A DNA stretch of 64,000 bases from Octopus bimaculoides (GCF_001194135.2 NC_068998.1:9804602-9868601), one strand, 5' to 3'; shown: positions 24,459-35,637, numbered from the stretch's first letter. The notes: generated by a model from the sequence alone, not told the origin. Translations and numbers: made by a program.

Positions 24459-25197
24459 CATACATACAAACATGCTTGCATGTTGTGTATTTTAGCCTGA
24501 AGGATTGCTTGGAAGCAGAAAGTAGCTTGTATTTATGCTTGCCATCGGCATAAAAAGCACCCCGTGCCAGAACCACGGGGTGCTTTTTTTATGTGGCACC
24601 GCCTTGTGAGAGTGAATTTGGTAGACGAAAACTGAAACTGTGTGGAAGCCTGTCGTATACATGTGTGTGTGTGTGTTTGTGTGCGAATATATATGCACAT
24701 ATNNNNNNNNNNNNNCGGAAGCAGAAGGTAGTTGGTATTTAAGTACTATATGACATTGATCATAGGTTCACTCGAGATAATCTGATAACCACAACTCCAT
24801 TTTCTGAACTTTATCACTGAACTGATTTGTTTTTTTTTTACTGACGTCGACCGGTATTTTCCTCGGACTATAAATGTGTTGTTTTCCGATATAGCCTTGT
24901 TGAATTTAATTTCTCTTTATTGTGTCCTGAGAAGAATCTGGTCCTTCACTTTAAATTGCAAAAAACGTGCTGGTTTTCGGTGATGACGTAAATGACCTAA
25001 TGGGTTATTGGACGTTTTAATGAATATACGAAACGAATAACGGATCGATGAACGATGAAAGTAAGCAAGCAACTCGGGAATCGAAATCCAGTTCATAAAG
25101 CCATTTTACCAAGAGCTTTAGCCCTTGCGTTACGGAGGTCACTTATATGAGACATTACATAACTATGATTAAGGGTGAAAGATTCGCCGTGTAGCTG

Positions 25198-25521
25198 ATG
25201 TGTAGTTCAAAATGTATTCAGCCCGGAAATAAGTTTGGGTGGTCAAGCGTTTGCGTATCAGAAGAAAAAGATTGTAGTGAAAAAGGGCAGTCTTCTACAA
25301 GGCAAAATAAGTTATCTGGCGCTGCAACGTACAAAAATACTTTCAAAAATAGCTGGAAAGAAATTTATCCCATGAAAACTGTAAAATATGACCCTCATCG
25401 CGCTTCTTGTGTATGTATCCCTTGTTCAACAGAGTCACCATGCCATCACCAAGGACCTGCAGATGTGAAAAATCATCGTGCAAGTGACAAACGTAGAGCT
25501 GAGAAGGCAGCTGCTAATTAA
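25198..25521 (+). pseudogene. Orphan ORF with a hAT-transposase-like N-terminal zinc finger (fragment)
   Basis: YKNTFKNSWKEIYPMKTVKYDPHRASCVCIPC...HHQGPADVKNH resembles the F..W...YP..(V)..D...A.C..C...H.G..DVK.H fingers of hAT transposases. No downstream transposase core is seen. Confidence 0.45.
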
Positions 25522-25858
25522 AATAATAAGCACAAGAAAGATCAAAAGCTTAAACCTGACTTGGTTGTTGTTATCTTATGTTATTGACTCTAAGGTTCCG
25601 CTGTTTGTGCTTCTGACTTGATTGGTTCCGTTATTTATGATCTAGCTTTGAGTTATATTTATACAATATACATTTGTTCTTTTCTATGATAAAAAAAAAA
25701 AGATTGATTTCAAATTTTGGAACAAGGCCAGCAATTTCGGGGGAGGGAGTAAGTCGATTACATCGACCTCTGTACTCAACTGGTACTTATTTTATCCATC
25801 GCCGAAGGACGACCTCGACAGCATATGAACTCTGAATGTAAAGACGGACGCAATGCCG

Positions 25859-26097
25859 GAAACCGAAAGAAGTGTTTGTGTCTGTGTTTGTCCCCCATCC
25901 ATCATCGCTTGACAACCGGTGTTGGTTTGTTTACGTCCTCATAGCCTAGCAGTTCGACAAAAGACACCAATAAAATAAGTACAAGGCTTACAAAAAAAAA
26001 AAGTACTGGGGTCGATTCATTCGACTAAAAAAAAAAATCTTCAAAGTGGTGCCCCAGCATGACCGCAGTCTAATGACTGAAAAACAAGATAAAAGAT
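25859..26097 (+). mobile_element. SINE B 3' half, preceded by inverted SINE C2 (25712-25858)
   Basis: CGGAAACCGAAAGAAG...CCCCAGCATGACCGCAGTCTAATGACTG. Confidence 0.8.
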
Positions 26098-26146
26098 TGG
26101 TTTTAAGCAGAACAATTGCCAATTATGATAGGCTGCATTGGCAAAG

Positions 26147-27288
26147 TATCAGGTTGAATAAAAAGTAAGCAACGTAAAGCGTTGCTTACTTTTTATTCAA
26201 CCATGAAAAAGTTGTACCGGCTTTTTGCAGAGTTTTGAATTTTTTAAAAACATTATTTTTTTTGCAATTGCCTGATAATACAGACGTAGACTTGCTCAAA
26301 TGAATCAATAAATTAACATTGATACGTTTTTCACCGTTGTTACAATCATCTGAAATGGAGCTGTCAAAGCGCGATATTCGAGCAATTTTGCTATTCAACT
26401 TCACAAAAGGACGGAAAGCGGCTGAAACTGACTTGCGATATCAACGAAACGTTTGGTGAGGAAATGACCAGTGAGTGGTCAGCTCGAAAAGGTTTAAACG
26501 ATTTCGCTGTGGAGACCTGAGCCTTGGAGATCGTGAGCGTAGTGGACGCCCATCTGTCATCGATGACGGTCAATTAAAGACCATCATTGAGAAAGATCCA
26601 TGTAAAATCACTCGAGAATTGGCAAAAGAACTTCAAGTTAGTCAGAAAACTGCCTGCAAACCATTTGCATGCGATCGGAAAATCAAAAAAGCTCGACAAA
26701 TGGGTACCACACTATTTGAAGGAAATCAGAAAATGTGCAGATATGAAATTTGCTCATCGCTTCTTCTCCGTAACCAGACCGATCCATTTCTCGACCGTTT
26801 TGTAACTTGCGATGAAAGGCGGATTCTGTACAATAATAAAAAAAAAAAAACGTTCTTCACTGGTTGGACCAAAATGAAGCACCGAAAACCTTCCCTAAAC
26901 CCGAGCTCTTCAAAAAGAAGGTTATGGTGACTGTTTGGTGTTGTACTGCTGGACTCATCCACTATGACTTCTTAAAACCCGGAAAAACCATTACTGCAGA
27001 AATATATTGCCGTGAAATTGCTAAAATGAATGAAAAACTGCTACCCCTCCGTTCCAGACTGGTCAACAGAAGGGGGCCAATCATTCTTCATGACAATGCT
27101 CGACTCACACGTTTCACTAATGACGCTCCAGAAGTTGATGGAACTTGTATACGAAGTTCTTCCCCACCCAGCTTGTTCCCCCAGACCGTTCTCCTACCGA
27201 TTATCACTTTTTTCAAGCACCTTGATGGTTTCCTGCAAGAGAAGGAGTTCAAAATTCAAACCGATGCTGAAAGTGCGTTTGAAGAGTT
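26147..27288 (+). mobile_element. Mariner transposon, cecropia/Hsmar1-like; frameshifted transposase pseudogene, 3'-truncated
   Basis: From ATG 26355: MELSKRDIRAILLFNF..GRKAAET, RSGRPSVIDD, KKLDKWVPH, FLDRFVTCDE, KKVMVTVW, ILHDNAR, YEVLPHP, TDYHFFKHLD, across several frames. It breaks off into (GATA/GACA)n at about 27289 and no right TIR is seen. Confidence 0.93.
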
Positions 27289-27940
27289 AGATAGACAGAT
27301 AGATAGACAGATAGATAGACAGATAGATGGGTAGGTAGGTAAGTGGGTACATAGACAGACAAACAGACAGATAGATATAAACTGATAGACAGATTAGATA
27401 GATAGATAGGTAGGTAGATGGATGCACAACAAAAGCTTGGGTGAAATAAAACGAAAGAAACAAAGAACGGAAACTGCTAGAAACTCAGATTTCAATTGGC
27501 AATTTTCTCAGGTTGAGCAGCTAATTTCGTGTTAAGTTGTTAACATATTTAGTGGAAAGGAGCATTAAACTGAATACATATGTATATCCTCCAACTCTTT
27601 CCTGTGTACTGCACATCGTTCCGACTTCAGCCGGTTCCTATCGTATATCAGTTTTTCAATGAATGAGAAAAGATTGCTATTATACACGCATGTATCTTTT
27701 CTCTTTCATCTTTTACTTGTTTCCGTCACTGGATTTGAAGCGATGCCAAAGCATTGCCTTTAAAGGGTTTAGTCCAGTGTTTCTTAACCATTTTTTTTTT
27801 TTGTACTTATGGACCCCTTTGATTCCTATTTACACATTGGATGTACTCTTCTCGCCATCCGATGTTTGAAAAAAAAATCCTATTATACTTTTATAATTAA
27901 ATATTATTTGGAATTGTTTCGTAGAAGTATAACCGATTTA

Positions 27941-28370
27941 TTACTCTTTTTACCCTTTTACTTGTTTCAGTCATTTGACTGCGGCCATGCTGGAGCACCG
28001 CCTGTAGTCGAGCCAATCGTCTCCAGGACGTATTCTTTGTAAGCCTAGTACTTATTCTATCGGTTCTTTTGCCGAACCGCTAAGTTACGGGGACGTAAGC
28101 ACACCAGTATCGGCTGTCAAGCGATGTTGGAGGAGGGGAGACAAACACAGACACACAAACATATATACACACATACATATATATACATACATACATACAT
28201 ATATACGACGGGTTTCTTTCAGTTTTCGTCTACCAAATCCATTCACAAGGCTTTGGTCGGCCCGAGGCTATAGTGGAAGACACTTGCCCAAGGTGCCACG
28301 CAGTGGGACTGAACCCGGAACCATGTGGTTGGTAAGCAAGCTACTTACCACACAGCCACTCCTGCACCTA
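27941..28370 (-). mobile_element. SINE family B, full-length
   Basis: The complete head-to-tail B sequence is on the reverse strand. Confidence 0.92.
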
Positions 28371-30089
28371 TTGCACAATTTTTAACAACAAACTCTTATA
28401 TAGACCACCCCTACCCGGGGTCATATGAACCCCGGTTGAAAACGACTGCTTTAGTCGAACAAATCGCCTCCAGTCCTTATCTTTAAAGTCTGATACTTAT
28501 TTTGTCGATCCCTTTTGACATAAACAAACCAACACCTTTTGTCAAGCGATATGGGTGGGTTGGTGGGTGGGTGGGATAAACAAAGACATACATTGATATA
28601 ATNNNNNNNNNNNNNNNNNNNNNNNNNNNNNNNNNNNNNNNNNNNNNNNNNNNNNNNNNNNNNNNNNNNNNNNNNNNNNNNNNNNNNNNNNNNNNNNNNN
28701 NNNNNNNNNNNNNNNNNNNNNNNNNNNNNNNNNNNNNNNNNNNNNNNNNNNNNNNNNNNNNNNNNNNNNNNNNNNNNNNNNNNNNNNNNNNNNNNNNNNN
28801 NNNNNNNNNNNNNNNNNNNNNNNNNNNNNNNNNNNNNNNNNNNNNNNNNNNNNNNNNNNNNNNNNNNNNNNNNNNNNNNNNNNNNNNNNNNNNNNNNNNN
28901 NNNNNNNNNNNNNNNNNNNNNNNNNNNNNNNNNNNNNNNNNNNNNNNNNNNNNNNNNNNNNNNNNNNNNNNNNNNNNNNNNNNNNNNNNNNNNNNNNNNN
29001 NNNNNNNNNNNNNNNNNNNNNNNNNNNNNNNNNNNNNNNNNNNNNNNNNNNNNNNNNNNNNNNNNNNNNNNNNNNNNNNNNNNNNNNNNNNNNNNAAAGG
29101 TAAAAATCAAACCGCAGTCGTGGAGTTTTTTTTTTTTAACTTCGAAGGCCGGAAGAAATACCGCAAAGCATTCCTATCCGACGCTGTAACGGCCCTGCCA
29201 GTTCTCTCGGTATTATGTAACAATTGTTTGGAGAATAAATAATTTAGAGATGCCGATCGCATGAATAAAAGAATAACGAAGTTGGTGTTAATATCTTCAA
29301 TGCGAGGAGCATTAAATAGCTAACTGCATATGAATATGCGGTTGCACACACACACACACACACACATACACACATATCCACACAAGCATATAAAGGCACA
29401 CTGTCTCGCTCTCTCTCACACATTCTTTCTCACACACTCTCTCGTTCTCTTTTTCTCCCTCTCTTTTATTCAGAGAATATGCGGTTACACACACTGAATA
29501 AAGGTTCACACACACACACACTCTTTTTTCTCCTGCCCTCTCTCACTTTCACAAATGGCCACACACTTATACATACACATTTAAAAGCACACAAATTCAC
29601 TCTCTTTCTCACACACATACACAGAATATGCGCCCACACTCAAACGAACATGTAAAACCACACACACTCACGCACTCTCTCTCTCTCTCTCTCTCTCTCG
29701 CTTGCAGAATATGCGGCCGCACATAACCAAACGTGTAAAAGCATTACGCATGCACACATACATACACACACACTTCCTCCCCCCTCTCGCTCTCCCTCCT
29801 CTCTCTCTCTCTCTGTGTGCGTTTGTGTGTATGTGTGAGAGAGACAGACTCACAAGAAGCATTAGTCACTGACTAATATCTTCATTTTTCTGGTGAAATG
29901 GCATAAAAATCCACACAGTGAGTTTTATAGTTTTATAACTGTAAGGTTGTTTAATATTATTGATCTTTTGAACAAGGTGTTGCTGTCGTTGTTTAGCCTT
30001 TAAGGTCAGTCTGATCACGTTCAAGTAAGATAAAAAAAAAAATGCATTCCAGCTGTGATCATCTCCTGAACCCCCGACCCCCTCGCCTC

Positions 30090-30408
30090 AGTATTGCGAG
30101 AAACTTGGTTCCCAACCATCTGGTCTTGGGTTCGGTATCACTGCGCGGCACCTCGGACCAGGCCCGTCGCCAGACTCTGATACCCGAGGATTTTTCAGAA
30201 TATTCTGGGTGGACACTAATTTGTAATAATGCTAAAGTAGGGTCACTTAAAGTGAAGTAAACCCGAGGGTGCACCATTGAATAGTGAGGGGGTGGGCAGC
30301 AGTACTGTCCAGTTGCCTTGGGCAAATGTCTTTCAGTTATAGCCCCATGCCGACCAAAGTATTGTTAGTGGATTTCGTAGACGGGAACTGAAAGAAGCAT
30401 GTTGCGTA
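30090..30408 (+). mobile_element. SINE B 5' half split by an unrelated insert of about 160 bp
   Basis: The B head ends at CTGCGCGGCACC (about 30152) and resumes at CCTTGGGCAAATGTC (about 30316). The insert contains CAGGCCCGTCGCCAG. Confidence 0.6.
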
Positions 30409-30479
30409 TACGCACGCACGCATGCGCGTACAAACATGTATTTGTGTGCCTTTGTGTCCCTCAAGACACAATCCTGGAT

Positions 30480-30676
30480 TAGGGGAGTTGCTGGTTTAAT
30501 TTTCGTTGTCCTTGCACCAATGGTCTAGGAGTTAACGAACATAAAAACGTAACGGATAGAGAAACATCACTCAAATTTATAATAGGATATGTATGTATAT
30601 ATATATATATATGTATATATACACACATACACATATACATATCCTATTATAAACTTGAGTGATGTTTCTCTATCCG
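30480..30676. repeat. 42-bp inverted repeat around a TA/CA microsatellite; arms resemble a non-autonomous Helitron 5' end
   Basis: 30553-30594 pairs with 30635-30676 with 1 mismatch. The arms read A|TCCTATTATAAA(C/T)TTGAGTG outward from the microsatellite. Confidence 0.8.
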
Positions 30677-31631
30677 GTGTGTGTATATATATATAGAGAG
30701 AGGGAGAGGGAGAGGGATAGAGAGAGATAGGGATAGAACACTGAATCATTCAAAGCCGGATGTCTTGAAGACAGTAAATCCTGTTTAGGAGATTTCTTTG
30801 ATAAATTTTATCAGATCGAAAGACTACGTGGAGGCTTTTCCACGTTGGAGAAATTAAAGCATGTACAAGATGGATCGAACTAACAGAATGAATGTATATA
30901 ATTGTGGTGGATTTGAATTTTAGCTGTGGAAGGTTTCTGATTTTTGAAAGGGTCGATTGTTGGAAAGGTTCTCTGTCTTTAACTGGTTTCAAAAGGAAAC
31001 GTCGAATTTCCTCACAAAAGGTATTTAGGATAAAGTTTGTTATAAATTTTCTTATTTTCAACTGACAAAGCATATGTGTATGCATACGAATAATTGTGCG
31101 TGTGTATGTTATGCTTGCATGTATATATATATATATATGCATGTGTATTTTATAATTTATGCTTGGGTAATCTATATTATGTGCGTATTATGTTATATTG
31201 GTTTCACATTTTGGCACAAGGCCAGCAATTTTAGGGGAGGGTAAATCGATTATATTGATCCCAGTGTTCAACTGTTACTTATTTTATTGAACTTGAAAGG
31301 ATGAAAGGCAAAGTCCATCTCGGTTTCATATATATATATGTACATACGTACGTGTTTGTGTGTCTATATGTACGTGTGTGTGTATATATATATATGTATA
31401 TATACTTACATATACGTACCTAACTACCTACCCCCTATTTGTATGCATACATAATACATACATGCATGCATGCAAATATTAAAATTAGTTTAGCATCAAC
31501 AGAAAAAGAACTCAATTTTTGTGCAATATTTACTTATTACGGAGAAATTGTTGCCAGTTACTTTATAGTTTCGCCACTGATAGTTTCATCAGGTTGTGTG
31601 TTCTCTACATGTTGTAGGTGCTTAGTGGAAG

Positions 31632-32517
31632 TACAAGGGGGTCCCCTAAAGTAACCGGAAACGTTCTCTGTGGGACAAACCCATGTAGTTCAGGCTTCTG
31701 CCGCTAGAAGCCTCTTGATACCACCCTCAGGCATCAGTCTGCCGACCGGCGTCAGCGTTTGAAGTCGTACTGTCACGTGCTGCGTCTTTGTTTTACAGTG
31801 CTTTTTCTCTGTTCGTCGATCTTTGCGATGGCTGAAACGAAGGAACAATGTGCTTCCGTGAAATTCTGTTTTCTGCTGGGGAAAACGGCAGCCGAAACAG
31901 TTGTCACGCTTCAAACAGCTTACAAGGATGTTGCCTTGAGCAAAGCACAAGTTTACGTGTGGTTTCCACGCTTTAGGAACGGTCACTTGTCGCGAGAAGA
32001 CCTCCCGGACGAATGAAAACATCATAAAAATTCGTGAACTGATCTTGGAGGACCGTCACCACGCAATCGACGAACTTGTTGATATGACTGGTGTGTCCTG
32101 GAGCTCCTGCTAACGAAATTTGAGCGAGGAATTGCGAATGAAAAGAGTTGCAGCAAAATTTGTGCCTCGCTTGCTAACGAAAGATCAAACGCAGTCACGA
32201 CTTAATGCTTGTTTTGAACTGAAAGAACAGTTGGAAGTTTATCCGGACCCATTCCGAAGTTCATCACTGGTGACGAAAACTGGTGCTACTTAATTTGCAG
32301 ATGTAAAAGAGGTGAAGGAAAAAAAAAACTATGGAGGCATTAAAAAGCATAATTTTGCAAGAATTCCAGCGCTGCTTCGAATATTGGAAAACCGCCTGGA
32401 GCGATGCATTACTTCAAATAGAGAATACTTTGAAGGCGATAAAAGTGTAACCATGTAAAACTAAATGAATGAATAATATTGCAAAATTCCGGTTTCTTTT
32501 TGGTACCACCTCGGATA
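31632..32517 (+). mobile_element. Internally deleted mariner (probably irritans-like), both TIRs present
   Basis: TIRs 31634-31660 and 32487-32514 match at about 21/28. From ATG 31828: MAETKEQCASVKFCFLLGKTAAET, IRELILEDR, KRVAAKFVPRLLT, FITGDENWCY. A deletion near 32290 is followed by NRLERCITSNREYFEGDK. Confidence 0.9.
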
Positions 32518-32818
32518 ATAATAAGGCAAAGTTAAAGTTAGATGGCACGATTTGATGGATTGTAGAGTTCTAAAGTTAAATATATTATTTGAGAAAGAAT
32601 TAATTAGGAATTGTGTGTGTGTGTGTGTGTGTGTTCGTGTGGTAGGACAAGAAGTGGTGAAAGGTTTGGAGATATTTCTAAATTATCTTTGGCTTTTGTT
32701 CTTCAACAATTAGATTCCTTTGGCGCCAAATGTCCTGCAAAAGAAAACGAGCCCGCACATATACACGCGTGCGCACACACACATACACTATACATACATA
32801 CTGTATGTGTGTGAGTTT

Positions 32819-33337
32819 AAATTGCGTGTTAACGTACTTAAACCAGTGAGCCAAAATTGATTTTTAATTGATTGAAATTGCACTCGAAACGAGGCAACCA
32901 AACAGTCTCTACGTGGTCCCTCAGTCTGCTAAAAGTAACAACCAGATCACTGTCAAATCATATCTTTAAAAAATCACACCTTAAAAAAAAAAATGGCAGG
33001 ACGCAACGAATATTGTAAAAACCTAGATTTCAGAAAATAAAATGGAGCGTTCGCTCGTCACCTCGTGGCTTGTTGCTAGACAACAACAACGGCATTGTTT
33101 TGTTGTTCTTGTCTCCAACGTTTTTGCCCTTTCTCTTTCCTCCATAAGTCGAACTGCAACATTAATTGTATCTTCCACTTTCTAGACGGTAAAGTATGAT
33201 TTGAGGTGATATGGCTATTATTTTTAGCTGACCGAATGACTACGCAGAGACTGTTTGATTGGCTCGTTACGAGCGCAATTTCAATCGATTAAAAATTAAT
33301 TTTGGCTCACTGGTTTTAGTACGTTAACATGCAATTT
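32819..33337. mobile_element. Fold-back structure with about 145-bp inverted arms made of family E sequence
   Basis: 32819-32962 aligns with the reverse complement of 33195-33337 at about 80% by eye. Both arms end at AAATTGC(G/A)TGTTAACGTAC. Confidence 0.8.
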
Positions 33338-33871
33338 GCTCCTAAATACCACGCATTTTGTAGACAATAAGCAAAAGAAACAGCTGCCAACACAATAACT
33401 TAGAGCTAGGTTTTGGCCCATTATTGGCTGAAGCCATGTCTAACTTAATAGCACCACTGAATGGTCTAAGTTACGTTTTCCGACATTGGGTCGTTTGCCT
33501 GGTATTCTTTTAGATTATTTATCCAGTCAATGTTTGAATGTTATAGGGTCTTTATTTTTGTTTTCTTCGTAATAATGTTGAGTAAGACAGGACCAGTCGA
33601 GGTAAAAAAAAAAAAAAAAAAGTTACGTCGCGATGGTATGTGATGTAAGCTCAATTTTCGTGTGGGAAAAAAGCGTATATTTCGTGGGACAAGCTTGTGA
33701 ACCTGTAACCGGCATCGCTTGTATTTTCCGAGGGACAAGTTTGTGAACNNNNNNNNNNTAATGTTGAGTAAGACAGGACCAGTCGAGGTAAAAAAAAAAA
33801 AAAAAAAGTTACGTCGCGATGGTATGTGATGTAAGCTCAATTTTCGTGTGGGAAAAAAGCGTATATTTCGT

Positions 33872-33953
33872 GGGACAAGCTTGTGAACCTGTAACCGGCA
33901 TCGCTTGTATTTTCCGAGGGACAAGTTTGTGAACTTGTAACCGGCATCGCTTG
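33872..33953. repeat. 46-bp tandem repeat, about 1.8 copies
   Basis: GGGACAAG(C/T)TTGTGAAC(C/T)TGTAACCGGCATCGCTTG starts at 33872 and 33918. Confidence 0.85.
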
Positions 33954-34612
33954 CTTTTTTTCCTTTTCTTTTTCCCTCTATTTTTTTTTTTAAGTTGTAG
34001 GTCAAAAGATTTTAAAATAATTTTGAAATCTCGAAATGATACGAGCCCTGACATAAGTTAAGAACTGCTGTTCTGCACGATTGCTCCCTCTGTCAGAAAT
34101 GACAACCAAATCTCCCTCAATTCACACCAAACCACTTTAAAAAATGGAAGGACACATTAGACAATGAAATTCTAGTTCCACTGTCTGGAAATAAAACTGG
34201 ATTGTTATGGGAGGAATATCTTTGATCGTCGATGACTTGGTTTTTTTCAGCGCCGGCAACAACAGCCACAGTGACTGCTACGAAATAAATCGTTTAAAAA
34301 TCAGCTGGTTCTATCGATTGGTTCTCGACAACCAAAAGATATATAAACTACATGCAATTCGATTAAAGATTGTTTCTCTTTCTCAGAAATAGAAAGCTCT
34401 GTAGCGTGCGTGCGTGCATATATTTATGTGTATGTAATACATACATACATACATATATACATACATATTGTGAAGATCTAGTTGAATTGGACTTTGAAAC
34501 TGCTCACAGTATGGAATCACACCATGAGTTATTTTTTAAATGCTTTAATACGCGCGCGCGCACACAGACATGTGCATACATACATACATACATATATAAT
34601 AATAATTGGAAT

Positions 34613-35001
34613 GGTAGAGGCGCAATGGCTCAGTGGTTAGGGCAGCGAACTCGCGGTCGTAGGATCGCGGTTTCGATTCCCAGACCGGGCGTTGTGAGTG
34701 TTTATTGAGCGAAAACACCTAAAGCTCCACGAGGCTCCTGCAGGGGATGGTGGCGAACCCTGCTGTACTCTTTCACTACAACTTTCTCTCGCTCTTTCTT
34801 CCTGTTTCTGTTGTGCCTGTAATTCAAAGGGTCAGCCTTGTCATACTCTGTGTCACGCTGAATATCCCCGAGAACTACGTTAAGGGTACACGTGTCTGTG
34901 GAGTGCTCAGCCACTTGCACGTTATTTCACGAGCAGGCTGTTCTGTTGATCGGATCAACTGGAACCCTCGACGTCGTAAGCGACGGAGTGCCAACAACAA
35001 C
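34613..35001 (+). mobile_element. SINE family A, full-length with TSD
   Basis: A 12-bp TSD AATAATTGGAAT lies at 34601-34612 and 35002-35013. Confidence 0.93.
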
Positions 35002-35020
35002 AATAATTGGAATATATATA

Positions 35021-35637
35021 TTATTTTATTCTTTTACTGGTTTCAGCCAGAGGCTGGGGGAGGGGCATGCTGGAGCACCGTGTTTTGGGGCCTCCTTTCG
35101 TTAAAAAGAAGCGAGTTGGACGAAGCTGCTCTTCTTTGTGCCTCCCTGCCTTGATGTGGGCTCGCCTGGAATTTCAGATAGAAATTTCTCCAGCTACTTT
35201 TTCAATGTTTCCACACCTAGGCCTTGCAGATCTCTTAGGTTCCTTGCTAGGACGTTAAACAGTTTTGGTCCCTTCAAAAACCCAATCTGTTGCAATACTG
35301 GGTCCTTATCTGAGATGAAGAAGACCGGATCTTTGGTTGTATGCAGTGCTGCCCTGTTCGGTGGTTGGTATAGCTTTTAATTCCAAAGTTGGTAGCTAGA
35401 CCTTCCAGGATCTTCCACATGATCGTCACTGCATACCTTTCTCGCCTTCTCTCCAGGGAGTAGAGCTTCAGTTCTTGTAGCCTCTCTCAGTAGCTCATCT
35501 GTTTCCCCGAGTCGATCTTCATTGTGTAGTGGCGCTGGATTGCCTCATGTTCTGTCACCAATTTGACGCTCTGTGGCGACCACAGTTAAGACCAGTACTC
35601 CAGACGACTGAGGACAAATGTCTTCCATACGAGTAGC
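35021..35637 (-). mobile_element. 5'-truncated LINE (CR1/L2 group) ORF2 C-terminus plus 3' UTR and tail
   Basis: The reverse translation reads LLVWKTFVLSRLEYWS*LWSP...AIQRHYTMKI...SY*ERLQELKLYSLERRRERYAVTIMWKILEG...RAASSNSL, with stops and frameshifts. The tail is CGGTGCTCCAGCATG...CTGAAACCAGTAAAAGAATAAAAT. The exact clade is uncertain. Confidence 0.88.

Noticed and set aside
33573-33934. Exact 176-bp tandem duplication
   Set aside because: Identical copies directly flank a 10-N gap, which is a typical unmerged contig overlap.
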